A DNA stretch of 64,000 nucleotides from NCBI GenBank assembly GCA_963675665.1, contig OY776510.1, positions 3,872,001 to 3,936,000 on the forward strand, given 5' to 3'. The notes beneath the pieces are model-generated. The model was not told the DNA's origin and made no database searches. It saw only the letters and a list, made by a program, of their open reading frames with translations. The number at the start of each line of letters is the position of its first letter. Position 1 is the first letter of the stretch. The stretch is from Spirochaetia bacterium. GTDB taxonomy: Bacteria > Spirochaetota > Spirochaetia > UBA9216. Shown piece after piece: positions 40,324 to 51,022 of the stretch. Made by a program: the position numbers and the translations under genes.

Positions 40324-40668
40324 TTAAACGCGGGAATATGATAATTCTTTATGCGCGTTGAAGAAATCTATCCCGTCCAGCAGCATCTTAAGTTCCTCGA
40401 ATCTGATTTCTCTGGCCTCTTCTTCTGTTTCAGGCCAGGGAAACTTGTTCTTCTCCAACCGTTTCTGCCATAGGCAGAATCCGTTTCGATCCCAGTAGAC
40501 AATTTTCAAAAGTTTTTGTTGGCCGTTACAGAACAGAAACAAACTTTTCGAAAACGGGTCATTATGCATTACGTTCTGAATCTGAAGGCTCAATCCGTTT
40601 ACCCCTTTTCTTAAATCCGTTTTGCCGGGCCGTATAAAATATCGGTAATCTGTATAATCGAAAATCAT
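40324..40668 (-). CDS. tnpB: IS66 accessory protein TnpB
   Basis: TDLRKG.NGL, KIVYWD.NGF.LW.KRLE..KF.WP. Confidence 0.95.
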   Translation of the reverse strand: MIFDYTDYRYFIRPGKTDLRKGVNGLSLQIQNVMHNDPFSKSLFLFCNGQQKLLKIVYWDRNGFCLWQKRLEKNKFPWPETEEEAREIRFEELKMLLDGIDFFNAHKELSYSRV

Positions 40669-40961
40669 TCAAGTTCTCCGATTATTCTCAGAACTGATTT
40701 CAGCTCGGCTTCATCAAACCCGGCAGTTATTGATATTAAAAACTTTTTGGACTTCAATACAATTGGTGCAGCTGCTACAGATTGAACGGGTTTTATTTCT
40801 ATTATCTCTGAGCTCTTTGACAGGTTCATACCGAACCGTTTTCTGTGCTTATAGAAAGTATTTGGATGAATTTCAATCTCTTTGCAAAACTCCGGAATTG
40901 ATTTTCCGCTCATCTGTTGTTGTTCAAATATTTCTTCCCAGTTTTTGATTATCTTCTTCAT
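40665..40961 (-). CDS. tnpA: IS66 accessory protein TnpA
   Basis: W....QQMSGKSIPEFC..IEI..TFY HTH; GGAGG RBS before 40961. Confidence 0.88.
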   Translation of the reverse strand: MKKIIKNWEEIFEQQQMSGKSIPEFCKEIEIHPNTFYKHRKRFGMNLSKSSEIIEIKPVQSVAAAPIVLKSKKFLISITAGFDEAELKSVLRIIGELE

Positions 40962-41195
40962 TTCATTCCTCCGTGATTCTTTTCCCGGAGGATAGTACAT
41001 TTTCAGATTTTCGCAAGAAGGAAAGAATTACCGCTTACGTTTTGCCAAAGAGCAAAACCGACTGTCTTGTTCAACTTCTTCGCAAGCTTCAATTTGGACG
41101 AAGGGCGAATGCCCGTAGTCGCATATGCCCTGTTATAAGCTGTGTTTCCGCTCTTCGACCAGGCCGCACGGCGGAGTCAAGGTCTGGTCTCTTCA

Positions 41196-44100
41196 TTATC
41201 GCTCCCCTTTTTTATCTACGCTTATATTTTCAATTCTATGTATTTCTAGCATTTCAATCCCAAATTCTTCACATATTTGCTGTTTATATTTGAAATCTTC
41301 AATTTCAAACATATATAAATATTTTCGAACTGTCTGTGATAACACATTTTTGGCTAAGGGATTGTGATCCAAATCTTTATTTAATCGTCTTAGTAAAGCT
41401 ATAGGAAATTTAATAAAATGATCTACTTTTATTACAGCATCAATTAATCTGTATGCTGTAGATTGATTAACCTTCAATAATCTTTCAAAAGTCACTGATA
41501 GATTTTCTGAACCAACAAATTGTGAAACTCTAGATATAAAAGTATAAGTAAGGATCGAGCAAATTCTTGAAAGATAAGCTATTGCATAAGCTTCAACAAT
41601 TTCACGATCTTCAGTATCGTATACGGGTTGAGTTTGCATGATCTTACTTATCTCAGTAGCTATCTTCTCAGGATTTTCCATAATTGATCTTAATATTAAA
41701 CCAAGAGGTTTTAATAGAAGAAGATAAGTATTTTCTACCAATTTTAATTTTTCATCTCCTTCTAATGATGCATAAGAATTTTTAACAACTTGTCCAATTA
41801 TTTCAGCCAACTTTATCGAATAGGATATTTTATCAACAATTGTAAGCTCTTCTTCAATATCAATACAACCATCACAATCCTCTTCCTTTTTTTCCTTATC
41901 TTCTATTTCATCTCTTTGCTTTAAGTCTGAGTTTCTAGCATCTTCAACATTAATATGATTTAAAACCAATTTAGGCATCTCATTGTAGATTTTATTTAGC
42001 TTTTTAATATCATCATCAAGTCTTATAGGCTCTTCTTCACTAAATAATAAAGTTGCGGCATTTAATAATGAATCAATAATAATTGGATCTTTACTCAAAT
42101 AAGACAGAAACATCAAAATATTTGAATAATTTTCATTGTGTGGTTTTGATGCCATATTTGAAATTGTCTCTTTGATTTTTGTCTTAGATATTTTATCTGA
42201 CATATATTTTGCTGTAAAAAAGAAGAACATATATTTATATGCAAAAAAGTAACGACCATCTTTATGTAATAATACTTCTGACTGAAGAGTTTCTTTCAAT
42301 ATTGTATCAATTCTATTTTGAATATCATGTCTCTCTGCATGGTCGTAACAGAAGCTCTCAAAATCAAGATCATCCAAATACTTATGGTCGTTATTAAACA
42401 TTGTAAACGCAAGAGAAGATAAAAAATTATTAAATGCATTAATTGCTTCTGGAGATGGATTACTATTTTTCAATGAATCTAAAATTAATGTCTGATAATA
42501 ATAACCATATGAACTCTGATGAAAATTAGTAGGATCGATTTCTGTGATATTTTGTAATAGTACTAGAATAATCAATGGATATGAAGGAGTTAAATTTTTA
42601 CCAACTATTTTATTTATAATATCTGTAACATTATCTAATTCTCTTAAATGTTCATTTATACTGTTATAAGGATCATTATTCAAGGAATACCATTTTTTAA
42701 TTAATAAGGATCGTCTAAAATTCCCAAATTCTTTAATTTGGAATAGTTTAAATCCATTGTATATAATTGAAGCCTCTGGCTCACTTCCTGTTAATTCTTC
42801 AATCTCTAATAGATCATGTGAAGTGAGTACGATATTTATAAAAATATCCTTAAGAGAATCCATATATTTCCTTCTGAATCTCCTAGGAATACTGGATTCA
42901 TCAAAATCATCAATCAATATAACTTTCTTATCATTATCGATTGTATCGAATTCACTTTCCTTTATATTTTTATATTGTAATAAAGCTTCTCTTCTAATTA
43001 GCGATTGGAGCTCTTTATTATTTGTAGATTTAATTTTAGCTCCATCTATCCAAATCGGCATATACCCATCATGCAACAATGTACGATAGAGCTTTTTTAA
43101 TACTGTGGTTCTACCACTTCGACCTTGCCCTAAAATTATGTATTTCGAACCTGTCTTTTTATTAAAATTGAGTGCATTCTCACTATTAATAACTGAAGAT
43201 TCATAAGATACTCTTTTTAGCGGATCTGGATTCAAATGATGAAAATCTGGATATACAAATATATCATCTAATTTTAAATTAGTTATTTGTGGATGATGTA
43301 AATTTGCCCCTATATCATTAATAAAATTCTTTATCTCTGCTTTTAAAGATAAATAACTTTCATTTTGTCTGGGAATAATAAGAGATATTTGTTCATCATC
43401 AACATTATTTTTAATAAGTTCGCCCTCTTTTATATCAAGTATATATTTTTCGAGCTTATAATTTCCTTCACTATTTTTCTCTATGAGATATGAATAAAAA
43501 GCATTATCTTTAGAATCTAAGAAACTGCTTCCATCAGAATAATATGTAATTTGAGATTTTTCATTGCTTCTCATACTACTTCCTAACCAATGCTCATGGC
43601 CAGTTAAAACAATATTTGAACAACTTTCAATATAATCTCTTAATCTCTTAGAACTCCAAGATTTAAACCAATTTAAAGGGTGATGCATTAAAGTTATTGA
43701 AATACCATTGCTAGGTTGCATATATTCTGATATCAGTTGCTCTGGCAGAATTATCTTTCCTTGTACCTCCGGGTTCGAAGTCATCCAAGCACTATTTATA
43801 GAAAATATATTTAATACATTATCATCAACATTAATGTTTTTTTTCCATATTATTTGGTTGTCTAGAAATGCTCCCGACATAGAATTAAATTCATTAATAA
43901 AGTCAAAAAAAGATCGTTGAGGTTCCGTACATATTTCAATTGTTTCATTATCAAGTTCTTCACTATCATCTTCATTACTTATAATATCACGTATCAATCT
44001 TTCTCTTAGTTTATTTTTTTTCTCAAAATAACAATCATGATTACCGGGAACAATAATTATTTCAGCTCTCGGTTTTCTTAGTTTATTATATTCGTCAAGT

Positions 44101-44303
44101 AAATCAGATAATAAAATATAGGCATTCAAATAACCATCAATATTACTTTGATTAGAAATATCACCAGTGATTAATAGAAGAACTAAATCACATGAATCTG
44201 CCAAATTTTTAGTAACTGTAAAAATATTGTTAAAATATGATTTCAATTCATCAGTTATTTCTCCGATATGCAAATCACTTAAATGCAAAATTAAATACTT
44301 CAT
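41196..44303 (-). CDS. Metallophosphoesterase-STAND/NACHT-like NTPase fusion (candidate defence protein)
   Basis: LHLSDLH, ITGD, PGNHD, HHP, GHEH; P-loop GQGRSGRT; Walker B VILIDD; long helical C-terminus. Confidence 0.85.
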   Translation of the reverse strand: MKYLILHLSDLHIGEITDELKSYFNNIFTVTKNLADSCDLVLLLITGDISNQSNIDGYLNAYILLSDLLDEYNKLRKPRAEIIIVPGNHDCYFEKKNKLRERLIRDIISNEDDSEELDNETIEICTEPQRSFFDFINEFNSMSGAFLDNQIIWKKNINVDDNVLNIFSINSAWMTSNPEVQGKIILPEQLISEYMQPSNGISITLMHHPLNWFKSWSSKRLRDYIESCSNIVLTGHEHWLGSSMRSNEKSQITYYSDGSSFLDSKDNAFYSYLIEKNSEGNYKLEKYILDIKEGELIKNNVDDEQISLIIPRQNESYLSLKAEIKNFINDIGANLHHPQITNLKLDDIFVYPDFHHLNPDPLKRVSYESSVINSENALNFNKKTGSKYIILGQGRSGRTTVLKKLYRTLLHDGYMPIWIDGAKIKSTNNKELQSLIRREALLQYKNIKESEFDTIDNDKKVILIDDFDESSIPRRFRRKYMDSLKDIFINIVLTSHDLLEIEELTGSEPEASIIYNGFKLFQIKEFGNFRRSLLIKKWYSLNNDPYNSINEHLRELDNVTDIINKIVGKNLTPSYPLIILVLLQNITEIDPTNFHQSSYGYYYQTLILDSLKNSNPSPEAINAFNNFLSSLAFTMFNNDHKYLDDLDFESFCYDHAERHDIQNRIDTILKETLQSEVLLHKDGRYFFAYKYMFFFFTAKYMSDKISKTKIKETISNMASKPHNENYSNILMFLSYLSKDPIIIDSLLNAATLLFSEEEPIRLDDDIKKLNKIYNEMPKLVLNHINVEDARNSDLKQRDEIEDKEKKEEDCDGCIDIEEELTIVDKISYSIKLAEIIGQVVKNSYASLEGDEKLKLVENTYLLLLKPLGLILRSIMENPEKIATEISKIMQTQPVYDTEDREIVEAYAIAYLSRICSILTYTFISRVSQFVGSENLSVTFERLLKVNQSTAYRLIDAVIKVDHFIKFPIALLRRLNKDLDHNPLAKNVLSQTVRKYLYMFEIEDFKYKQQICEEFGIEMLEIHRIENISVDKKGER

Positions 44304-44383
44304 ATGCACTCCATATACATTCTTTATTCTTCATCGCCCGTCGGCCGGAGGTCCGGGCGTCTTCCTCTTAGCGGAAACATTGC

Positions 44384-44532
44384 TTATAACGTTCCCAGCA
44401 TAACCGAAGTTGAAGCGCTACCAAAGGAGTGTTTTGCCATAGAGCAAAACCGACTGACCATGCTCTGCTACTTTCGCAAGCTTCAATTTGGGTGGAGGCC
44501 GAATGGCCGGAACCGGTTATGGTGTGTTAGAT
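44384..44532 (-). repeat. attC-like site 3
   Basis: Minus strand ATCTAAC...GTTATAA; arms CATAACCG/CGGTTATG. Confidence 0.87.
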
Positions 44533-44659
44533 GCCGTTTCTGTCTTGGTTGGTTCTATGATGAATTTGTCAAATACAAGGATGTATTTGACAGAGCAATT
44601 GATTTCATAATTTTTTACTTTCTCCCCCTTTAAGGAATATGATACTAGGTCGTATCTCT

Positions 44660-46819
44660 TCAAGATGTTATAGCTTTTACATCATTATATAAAACACATA
44701 GGTGTTTATCTGACATGTCTATTATAGGTTCAAACATAAATGAATTAACATGGATATTCTCTGGAGTCATCAAATTAACTCTTTCTAATATCTTTGTATT
44801 CTCATTATCATCAACAAATTTTCTTTTAAATTCTTTAAATAGTTTACCAGTTTGGTTTTTTTTAATTCTACTAACAAAATCTCTATCATCTATTTTATTT
44901 ATCATAAAATCTTCAGCAAAAATGCGAATAGCCATGGATAAAACTATTTTTTTTTCTAAACAAAACCCAGATGAATCATCACTATTCACATATACTTCTG
45001 CAGTTTCACAAATAATATCTTGTATATTTTTATTATCATCTAAATCAAATTTGAATTCTATATCATTAAAAAATGATTCATAAATTTCTTTGATTTTACC
45101 AACAGTGATATTCTCACTATTTTCTTTTATATGTAATACTGAAGTTAAATCGCTAAAAATACTATTATTTCCAGTATATTCCGATAAATTCCTTGTAAAA
45201 GGTATTGATGCTATAAGCTTACTTGCATTGTCTAAATTCTTTTTCCAGAAAATAAACGGATTTGCAATATATGAATATTTTAATTTTTCAAGTTTGATAT
45301 TTCCTTCATCTCGCTCAGCAATATAAGAGCACATATATCGGTTCATTCCGATTCTGTCTTGTATCGTTCTAAAAAAATCATAATTATGCGTTAGAATAAT
45401 CATATAAAAATCATGATAATTACAAATATCTTTTAAGTATTCAATTATTGCGTATTTATTCTTATAATCAAATGAATCTGCAATATCATCTACAATAATT
45501 AAGTTTTCTGTACCTTTCTTTTTTCTTGATTCTATTTCAAAGATAATATTTAGCAGATATAGTGTTCTTCTTTCTCCTTGACTTAGTATTTTAATTAATA
45601 CGTCTTCATCAATTGGTTTATTTCCATGATAATTATATTTAATACTAGGGGCTACATCTTGAAGAACTGTTTCATCTTTATTCTCTATCTCTATATTATA
45701 GGGAACATAAAAGCGTCTATTAAATATATCTAATACTTTTTCCCAATCGGTTTTTTCTTCTTTTGCAGTTTCTACAACTTCTCTAATTTTTTCTTTATTC
45801 GTTCTGTATATATCAATTATTTCAGTATATTCAATTATCTTTTCAAAAATAAATGATAATACTACTTTTCTCTTAAATTCTTCAGGTTCACCTAATTCAG
45901 TAATTATTTCTTGATTTTCAAATAAGTATTCTCTAAGCGTTCTTAATTGTGCATTTGAAACTTTTTTATCAATTTTTTCAAATAGCTTTGAAATATCTTC
46001 ATCTTCTAATATTCTTTCTTTCTCTTCTTTAATAATCTCACTAAATGTCTCTTGATCGGAGATTTCTGTTTTATCACCATTATTATTTAAATTTATAGAA
46101 TGTTCTGCTTTAAAGAAACCATTGTCTGTTAATTGTTTATGGACTGTTGTTGCATTATAATGATTAAAATCTTTCTTCAAATATGTTGAATCTTGGATTA
46201 GCTGGTCATATCTATTTATATATTCACCTATTTCAGATTTAACAGATTTAATAAAATCAAAATTCTTTTGCTCGAATAAAATACCATAGTCGATAATGTC
46301 ATTATTGATTAAATTGTCTTTTTTGATTTCTGTTTCAAGTGTTAAAAGTAATTCTAAAAAATTATCATTATTAAACGTTTTCTCAATTTCATCAGTAATA
46401 TTTGCAGTTCTTTTTAATTTGAATAATGGTGTTATTGCTTCAATAAATTTTTCTTTCCCCTTATTGATATCCTCATATAATGCTTCATAAATTGATCTTA
46501 ATTCTTCATTAACAAGCAAGACTGTCATAGCATCTGATTTATAAGTTCTATCATAGGGATTAATTACAAAAACTTTATTAAAATCAATAATATTGTTTGA
46601 TTCATCTACAATAGTACGTAATGATTCCTTATCATTGTAAACTTCATCCTTACTATTATTACCTTTTGAAAAATCATCAAATGTTCTTGAAAAAGATGTT
46701 TTCATTACACCATTAGGAGCATATATAACATATACATTTTTATTATCGCTAAAATCAAATTCAAATTCTAAATCTTCAATTCCATAACAGTTCTTAAAAT
46801 CAATTTTTAATTTCTCCAC
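44660..46819 (-). CDS. ABC/SMC-like coiled-coil ATPase (AAA_13/RloC-like architecture; candidate defence protein)
   Basis: APNGVMKTS, long coiled coil, LSQGERR, IIVDDIADSFDYKNK, LTHN. Confidence 0.8.
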   Translation of the reverse strand: MEKLKIDFKNCYGIEDLEFEFDFSDNKNVYVIYAPNGVMKTSFSRTFDDFSKGNNSKDEVYNDKESLRTIVDESNNIIDFNKVFVINPYDRTYKSDAMTVLLVNEELRSIYEALYEDINKGKEKFIEAITPLFKLKRTANITDEIEKTFNNDNFLELLLTLETEIKKDNLINNDIIDYGILFEQKNFDFIKSVKSEIGEYINRYDQLIQDSTYLKKDFNHYNATTVHKQLTDNGFFKAEHSINLNNNGDKTEISDQETFSEIIKEEKERILEDEDISKLFEKIDKKVSNAQLRTLREYLFENQEIITELGEPEEFKRKVVLSFIFEKIIEYTEIIDIYRTNKEKIREVVETAKEEKTDWEKVLDIFNRRFYVPYNIEIENKDETVLQDVAPSIKYNYHGNKPIDEDVLIKILSQGERRTLYLLNIIFEIESRKKKGTENLIIVDDIADSFDYKNKYAIIEYLKDICNYHDFYMIILTHNYDFFRTIQDRIGMNRYMCSYIAERDEGNIKLEKLKYSYIANPFIFWKKNLDNASKLIASIPFTRNLSEYTGNNSIFSDLTSVLHIKENSENITVGKIKEIYESFFNDIEFKFDLDDNKNIQDIICETAEVYVNSDDSSGFCLEKKIVLSMAIRIFAEDFMINKIDDRDFVSRIKKNQTGKLFKEFKRKFVDDNENTKILERVNLMTPENIHVNSFMFEPIIDMSDKHLCVLYNDVKAITS

Positions 46820-46958
46820 AGTTTCCTTCTCTTATAATTATTTTTCCTTAATATTTAAAAATCAGCAGATTTACCAATAATATTATTCAATCCTTCTTCA
46901 TACCCGCCACGGACGGCGGGCTCTTCCTTAAACAATCCCAACCAAGACAGAAATTGCC

Positions 46959-47105
46959 ATCTAACGGCCCGGGTTAAGCGAAGCTGATGCGCAACTTAAG
47001 GAGTGTTTTGCGAATGCGCAAAACCGACTGGCCCTGCTCTACTTCTTCGTCAGCTTCAGTTTGGGTGGAGGCCGAATGGCCGGAACCGCTTAACCATTGT
47101 TAGAT
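46959..47105 (-). repeat. attC-like site 4
   Basis: Minus strand ATCTAAC...GTTAGAT; arms GGTTAAGCG/CGCTTAACC. Confidence 0.87.
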
Positions 47106-47336
47106 GCCGTTTCTTGGTTGGTTGAAGAATAAATTGGCAAAATACACGGATGTATTTTGCAACACAACCAATTTATTAATATTTCACTTCTCTTTCTCTA
47201 TCCAGAATCATGAATATAGATTTTGACTACTCCAAAACCTTTGTTAAATGTCTGTTTTACCTGACCGCACGGCGGAGCCAAGGTCTGGCTCTAATTTTAA
47301 AAATATATTTCTTATTGCTTTTTACAACACATAATA

Positions 47337-47680
47337 CTATAAGTTCTCAATTATTCGTTCAATTTCATAATCAATCAATCCTGATTTTAAATGAATATTG
47401 TTTTCTGATATATAATTCAAGATAGCATCTTCACTGATAGATTCTGGAATTAATGGCTCCATTTCCCTAATTGCTGAACTAGGAATACTAAATTCTGAGA
47501 GAATTGATGTATTTGTATTTTTGTATTTCATGGATAACACAAAGCCATTTTGGAACCTTATATTTAAACCATTTTTTTGATTACATTAAAAACAAATTGT
47601 ATTGATTCATTGATAATAACTATATAGAAATCCAAAATCAGATCAGGATTTTGGGTTATATCTTTGAACTTTTTGAGTTT
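47337..47680 (-). pseudogene. 3' remnant of an AT-rich cassette ORF with a homopolymer frameshift
   Basis: Reading continues upstream of the 67-aa ORF if the A7 run at ~47572-47578 were A8. No start codon; followed by a type B trailer. Confidence 0.45.
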
Positions 47681-47684
47681 AAAG

Positions 47685-47862
47685 AATCAATAAATCACCT
47701 GAAAGCAGAATCACCGACCGAAGAGCTGGCAATAATGCTGAACGTACTCCTAATCTGGTGGCAGATGCTTATGTATGGACGGCACAATCATTAAAATGAT
47801 TCCATGAGCTGTTCACCTTATCAGCGTGATTCCTGCAAATCCTTCAGATAGAACCGTTAGAT
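47685..47862 (-). repeat. Degenerate long attC-like site after the class D beta-lactamase-like gene
   Basis: ATCTAAC ~25 nt after the stop; arms GCAGGAATCAC/GTGATTCTGC; distal GTT box decayed. Confidence 0.45.
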
Positions 47863-47885
47863 CTCAAGCAATACTTAAAATTTTC

Positions 47886-48701
47886 CTACTCAACAATTTT
47901 TAATTCTTTTAATATTTGCAGCATTACTGTTTTTGCTTCACCATATTTACCCGGAAAATCAGATTTATTTTTTTCAAGATTTGTAGAAATAAAATAGACA
48001 TTGCTATTTGTCTCGATATATCCTACAAACCAGCTATAATAAACATTATCAAGCCTCATAACCGTTCCGGTTTTTCCTGATAATTTATAATTTTCATTTT
48101 CATCTAATGCTAAAAGCTCTTTTACTATATTCTGCGATCTCTTTGAAAATGGCAAATCCAATGAGTATAATTTCTTTATAAGTTCAATTTGCTCCATTGC
48201 AGATATTTTCATATTTCCTTCTAACCAGAAGATATCCACTCCGGAATCAATATTCTGATTACCGTAATTTAATTTATCCAGATATTCCTGCATTCGCTCA
48301 AACCCGATCCGCCTTGCAATTTCCTGATAATACCAGACTACAGAGCTTTTCATTGCACTTTCTAGGGTTTGATTTTTATTCCAGGATTTAAATTCATATT
48401 CTGTTCTATCCCATTCAATTTGATAATCTTTGTCAGAGGCAACTCCTGATTCCAAGGCAATGAGTGAATTATAAATTTTAAATGTGGAGGCCGGCAAAAT
48501 ACCCGATTCAGCCAAGTCTTCGTTATAAATAGAATATATTTTTTTATTTTGATCATAGATTATTATGCAACCCTGAGAATCAATTGCCTCAAAATATTCT
48601 CCAAAATCTTGAACCACAATTTTTTTTCCACTTTGACAACTTGTAGTCAGCATGATGAAGCCAAGTGAAATAATGATTAATATTGATTTATACTTTTTCA
48701 T
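47886..48701 (-). CDS. Class D beta-lactamase (OXA-like) or BlaR-sensor-like lipoprotein
   Basis: PASTFK, SVV, YGN, FWL, KTG motifs; lipobox TTSC. Confidence 0.88.
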   Translation of the reverse strand: MKKYKSILIIISLGFIMLTTSCQSGKKIVVQDFGEYFEAIDSQGCIIIYDQNKKIYSIYNEDLAESGILPASTFKIYNSLIALESGVASDKDYQIEWDRTEYEFKSWNKNQTLESAMKSSVVWYYQEIARRIGFERMQEYLDKLNYGNQNIDSGVDIFWLEGNMKISAMEQIELIKKLYSLDLPFSKRSQNIVKELLALDENENYKLSGKTGTVMRLDNVYYSWFVGYIETNSNVYFISTNLEKNKSDFPGKYGEAKTVMLQILKELKIVE

Positions 48702-49717
48702 TGTAATTCTCCTTTTATAGATATACCATGTATAGCCGGTCCTGTTACATCAATTCTATCAGTGATAATGTAAGCATCGTAGCGTTGAGGAATTAACTCC
48801 AAATCCTCTTTTGTATCGAATCCGCCTGACCAGTCACCTTTCATCATAACAAGCACAACACGACTGTTAACGCTCTCCATCCTATCAATAAATTTCATCG
48901 GCCAGCCCCATAAAAATCTTGCATACTTTAAAGGTATATGAACCCCCATATTCCTGATACTTTCCGGAATATATCCTGTCCAGCCTATCATCATATAATG
49001 AAGAAGCCCCTTTTGAAGTGTTTTTCTTGTAAAAGATTTCATTTCCGGGTAGACATTGGTAATCAACTCCAGCGCCTCATCATTACCGTATATCGAATAG
49101 TTTTCTCTCTCTTTTTCATCCATCTGCTGTAATTTCTTCAACAAGACATACCCAATCGGTTTTCCGCTATCTTTTATATGAATAAGAAACTTCTTTTCGG
49201 GAAACTCAGCCACAACCTTATCAAAAGATGGCATTAATCCTAAGGCCTTGTTTCTGAATGGAAATGTTTCTCCATTATCAAAGGTATATCCATAGCCTAT
49301 ATCCAATTCCTGCAACTCCGTTAGAGTATAGTCGATAACAAAACCTTTCCCGTTTGTTCTGTAATCCAGTAAATAATCATGAAAGACAGCCAGTTCTCCA
49401 TCCTTAGTCAGCCGCACATCAAATTCAACAACATCAGCACCGAAATCAAAAGCAGCCTGCATAGACTCTATTGTATTTTCAAGTTGATTGTGTTCAGGTT
49501 TGTATATGATTGATGCAGTATTTGTATTCCAGTTAACATTCTCAATATCAAAAGTCTGCCCCAAGCCTCGATGCGCAAGCAGCAGTGGCTTACCAGCAGG
49601 TTTGTTGTAAGTAAATATATTTGTATTATTAAAAAATATAAACAGTATAAGTCCGGCGAACGATATGAGTATAATTTTCTTTTTCAATTTTTTCTCCTCA
49701 ACTACTATCATTAGCAT
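48698..49717 (-). CDS. Glycerophosphodiester phosphodiesterase family protein
   Basis: AHRG, ENT, VEFDVRLTKDG..VFHD, ITDR. Confidence 0.92.
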   Translation of the reverse strand: MLMIVVEEKKLKKKIILISFAGLILFIFFNNTNIFTYNKPAGKPLLLAHRGLGQTFDIENVNWNTNTASIIYKPEHNQLENTIESMQAAFDFGADVVEFDVRLTKDGELAVFHDYLLDYRTNGKGFVIDYTLTELQELDIGYGYTFDNGETFPFRNKALGLMPSFDKVVAEFPEKKFLIHIKDSGKPIGYVLLKKLQQMDEKERENYSIYGNDEALELITNVYPEMKSFTRKTLQKGLLHYMMIGWTGYIPESIRNMGVHIPLKYARFLWGWPMKFIDRMESVNSRVVLVMMKGDWSGGFDTKEDLELIPQRYDAYIITDRIDVTGPAIHGISIKGELQ

Positions 49718-49749
49718 GAAGACTGAATTTTCTATATAGATCTTCGGAT

Positions 49750-50673
49750 CTAATTTTTAGATTTCAACGCTGATATAAGTTCATACCGGCCTTGGCAGCT
49801 AGTTTTATGGAGAATACTGTGAACATGATGTTTGACTGTACTAATTGAGATAAATAATTCTTCTGCAATTTTTTTATTACTTAGACCGCCTCCCAACAAC
49901 ACAAGAACCTCCTGCTCTCTGTTGCTCAGCCTGAATTTCGTACAGAATTTAAGTATGCGAATCTTGTAATCATCATTAAACCGAAGAAGATTTACCATAT
50001 AAAAATTAAAAAAGAGGCCAAACAAAAATATCGAGACTGCGGACAGAGGGTAAGCCATACTCAGAGAAACTTCAGCTCTGTAAAGTTTGAACCGAATGAA
50101 GTATGCATCAATAACGCACATAACGGGTGTGGTCATTAGATAAATTGACATTAACTTATAAAATAAAGACGTAACCCCTCTTTTATTGGCTATCAAAACC
50201 AGACCAGAAACAAAAAGAATACAAAGAAAAGACAAACCAATAGAGTTCTTTAACCAAAAGAAAAGCGAATAATGTCGCCCAAATATATGATGGGAAAATT
50301 TTGACAATATAAATATCATAGTAAAAAAGCAGATAACAGGCAGAATCATTCCAGATTCGAAATCTTTCACCCCCCGATTCTCTTTTCTTGCCAATAGAGC
50401 AGTCAATAAGGAATTAACCACTAATATCGAAATTCCAATAATCGCTATTGAATCAAAACATGTATACAAAACAGAATCAATCGGGATTATATTTACAACC
50501 AGATAGCCGGAGAGAAACGAAAACAGGAGAAAAACCTCCAAACCGCAGAATGACATACATAAGTATCTGTAAAATAAATTCTGTGTTTTTATCCACCCGG
50601 CATAAAGATTACGGATATTAAGCGAGACTATCAGCATATTGATTATAAAAAATATTAGAATTATATGTTTCAT
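49750..50673 (-). CDS. Membrane-bound LuxR-type regulator
   Basis: About 7 TM segments plus C-terminal [28 protein letters not shown]. Confidence 0.88.
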   Translation of the reverse strand: MKHIILIFFIINMLIVSLNIRNLYAGWIKTQNLFYRYLCMSFCGLEVFLLFSFLSGYLVVNIIPIDSVLYTCFDSIAIIGISILVVNSLLTALLARKENRGVKDFESGMILPVICFFTMIFILSKFSHHIFGRHYSLFFWLKNSIGLSFLCILFVSGLVLIANKRGVTSLFYKLMSIYLMTTPVMCVIDAYFIRFKLYRAEVSLSMAYPLSAVSIFLFGLFFNFYMVNLLRFNDDYKIRILKFCTKFRLSNREQEVLVLLGGGLSNKKIAEELFISISTVKHHVHSILHKTSCQGRYELISALKSKN

Positions 50674-50819
50674 ATTAAAAGCTGTTATATGTCAATTACC
50701 ACTTTATAAATTTTATATTTCTCATAGCCCGTCGGCCGGAGGCCCGGGCTATTTCTTCCTTATTTTACACCCATCAACGCTATATTTCTAACATTTATAT
50801 TTTTTCTCTATTTTCGTGC

Positions 50820-50965
50820 ATTTAACGACGATTTCAGCTGCGCACTCGATCCTGGAGCAGAGCGGAAGGAATTGGCGCGGTTTTAGAGTGTAGCGAGATC
50901 AGCGCGAAACGTCTCTGCTAAAACCGAGACAATAGACGGCGACTGCTGCATTTGTCATGTCATAC
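50820..50965 (-). repeat. attC-like site 5 (different sequence family)
   Basis: Minus strand CCGTATGAC...GTTAAATG, 146 nt, with CGGTTTTAG/CTAAAACCG arms. Its inner box complements GTTATACGG at 51781-51789. Confidence 0.7.
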
Positions 50966-51022
50966 GGATTTTTTCTTTCTATCTTTATATCTCCTTAAAT
51001 TTGTGACTTTTCTATTATATAA

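Larger units (their letters stand above)
38734..41038 (-). mobile_element. IS66 family insertion sequence
   Basis: TIR GTAAGCGGTAATTCTT at both ends; 8-bp TSD GTTTTGCC (38726-38733, 41039-41046); tnpA-tnpB-tnpC gene order. Confidence 0.96.
38679..41138 (-). repeat. attC-like site 2, split by IS66
   Basis: 38679-38733 plus 41047-41138 rebuild a 147-nt site with arms GGGCATATGCGA/TCGCATATGCCC. Confidence 0.85.

Noticed and set aside
34578-47105. CRISPR or MITE interpretation of the ~148-nt repeats
   Set aside because: Units are separated by kb-sized genes, no cas genes or TSDs are present, and inner boxes match the start of the upstream gene unit as in cassettes.
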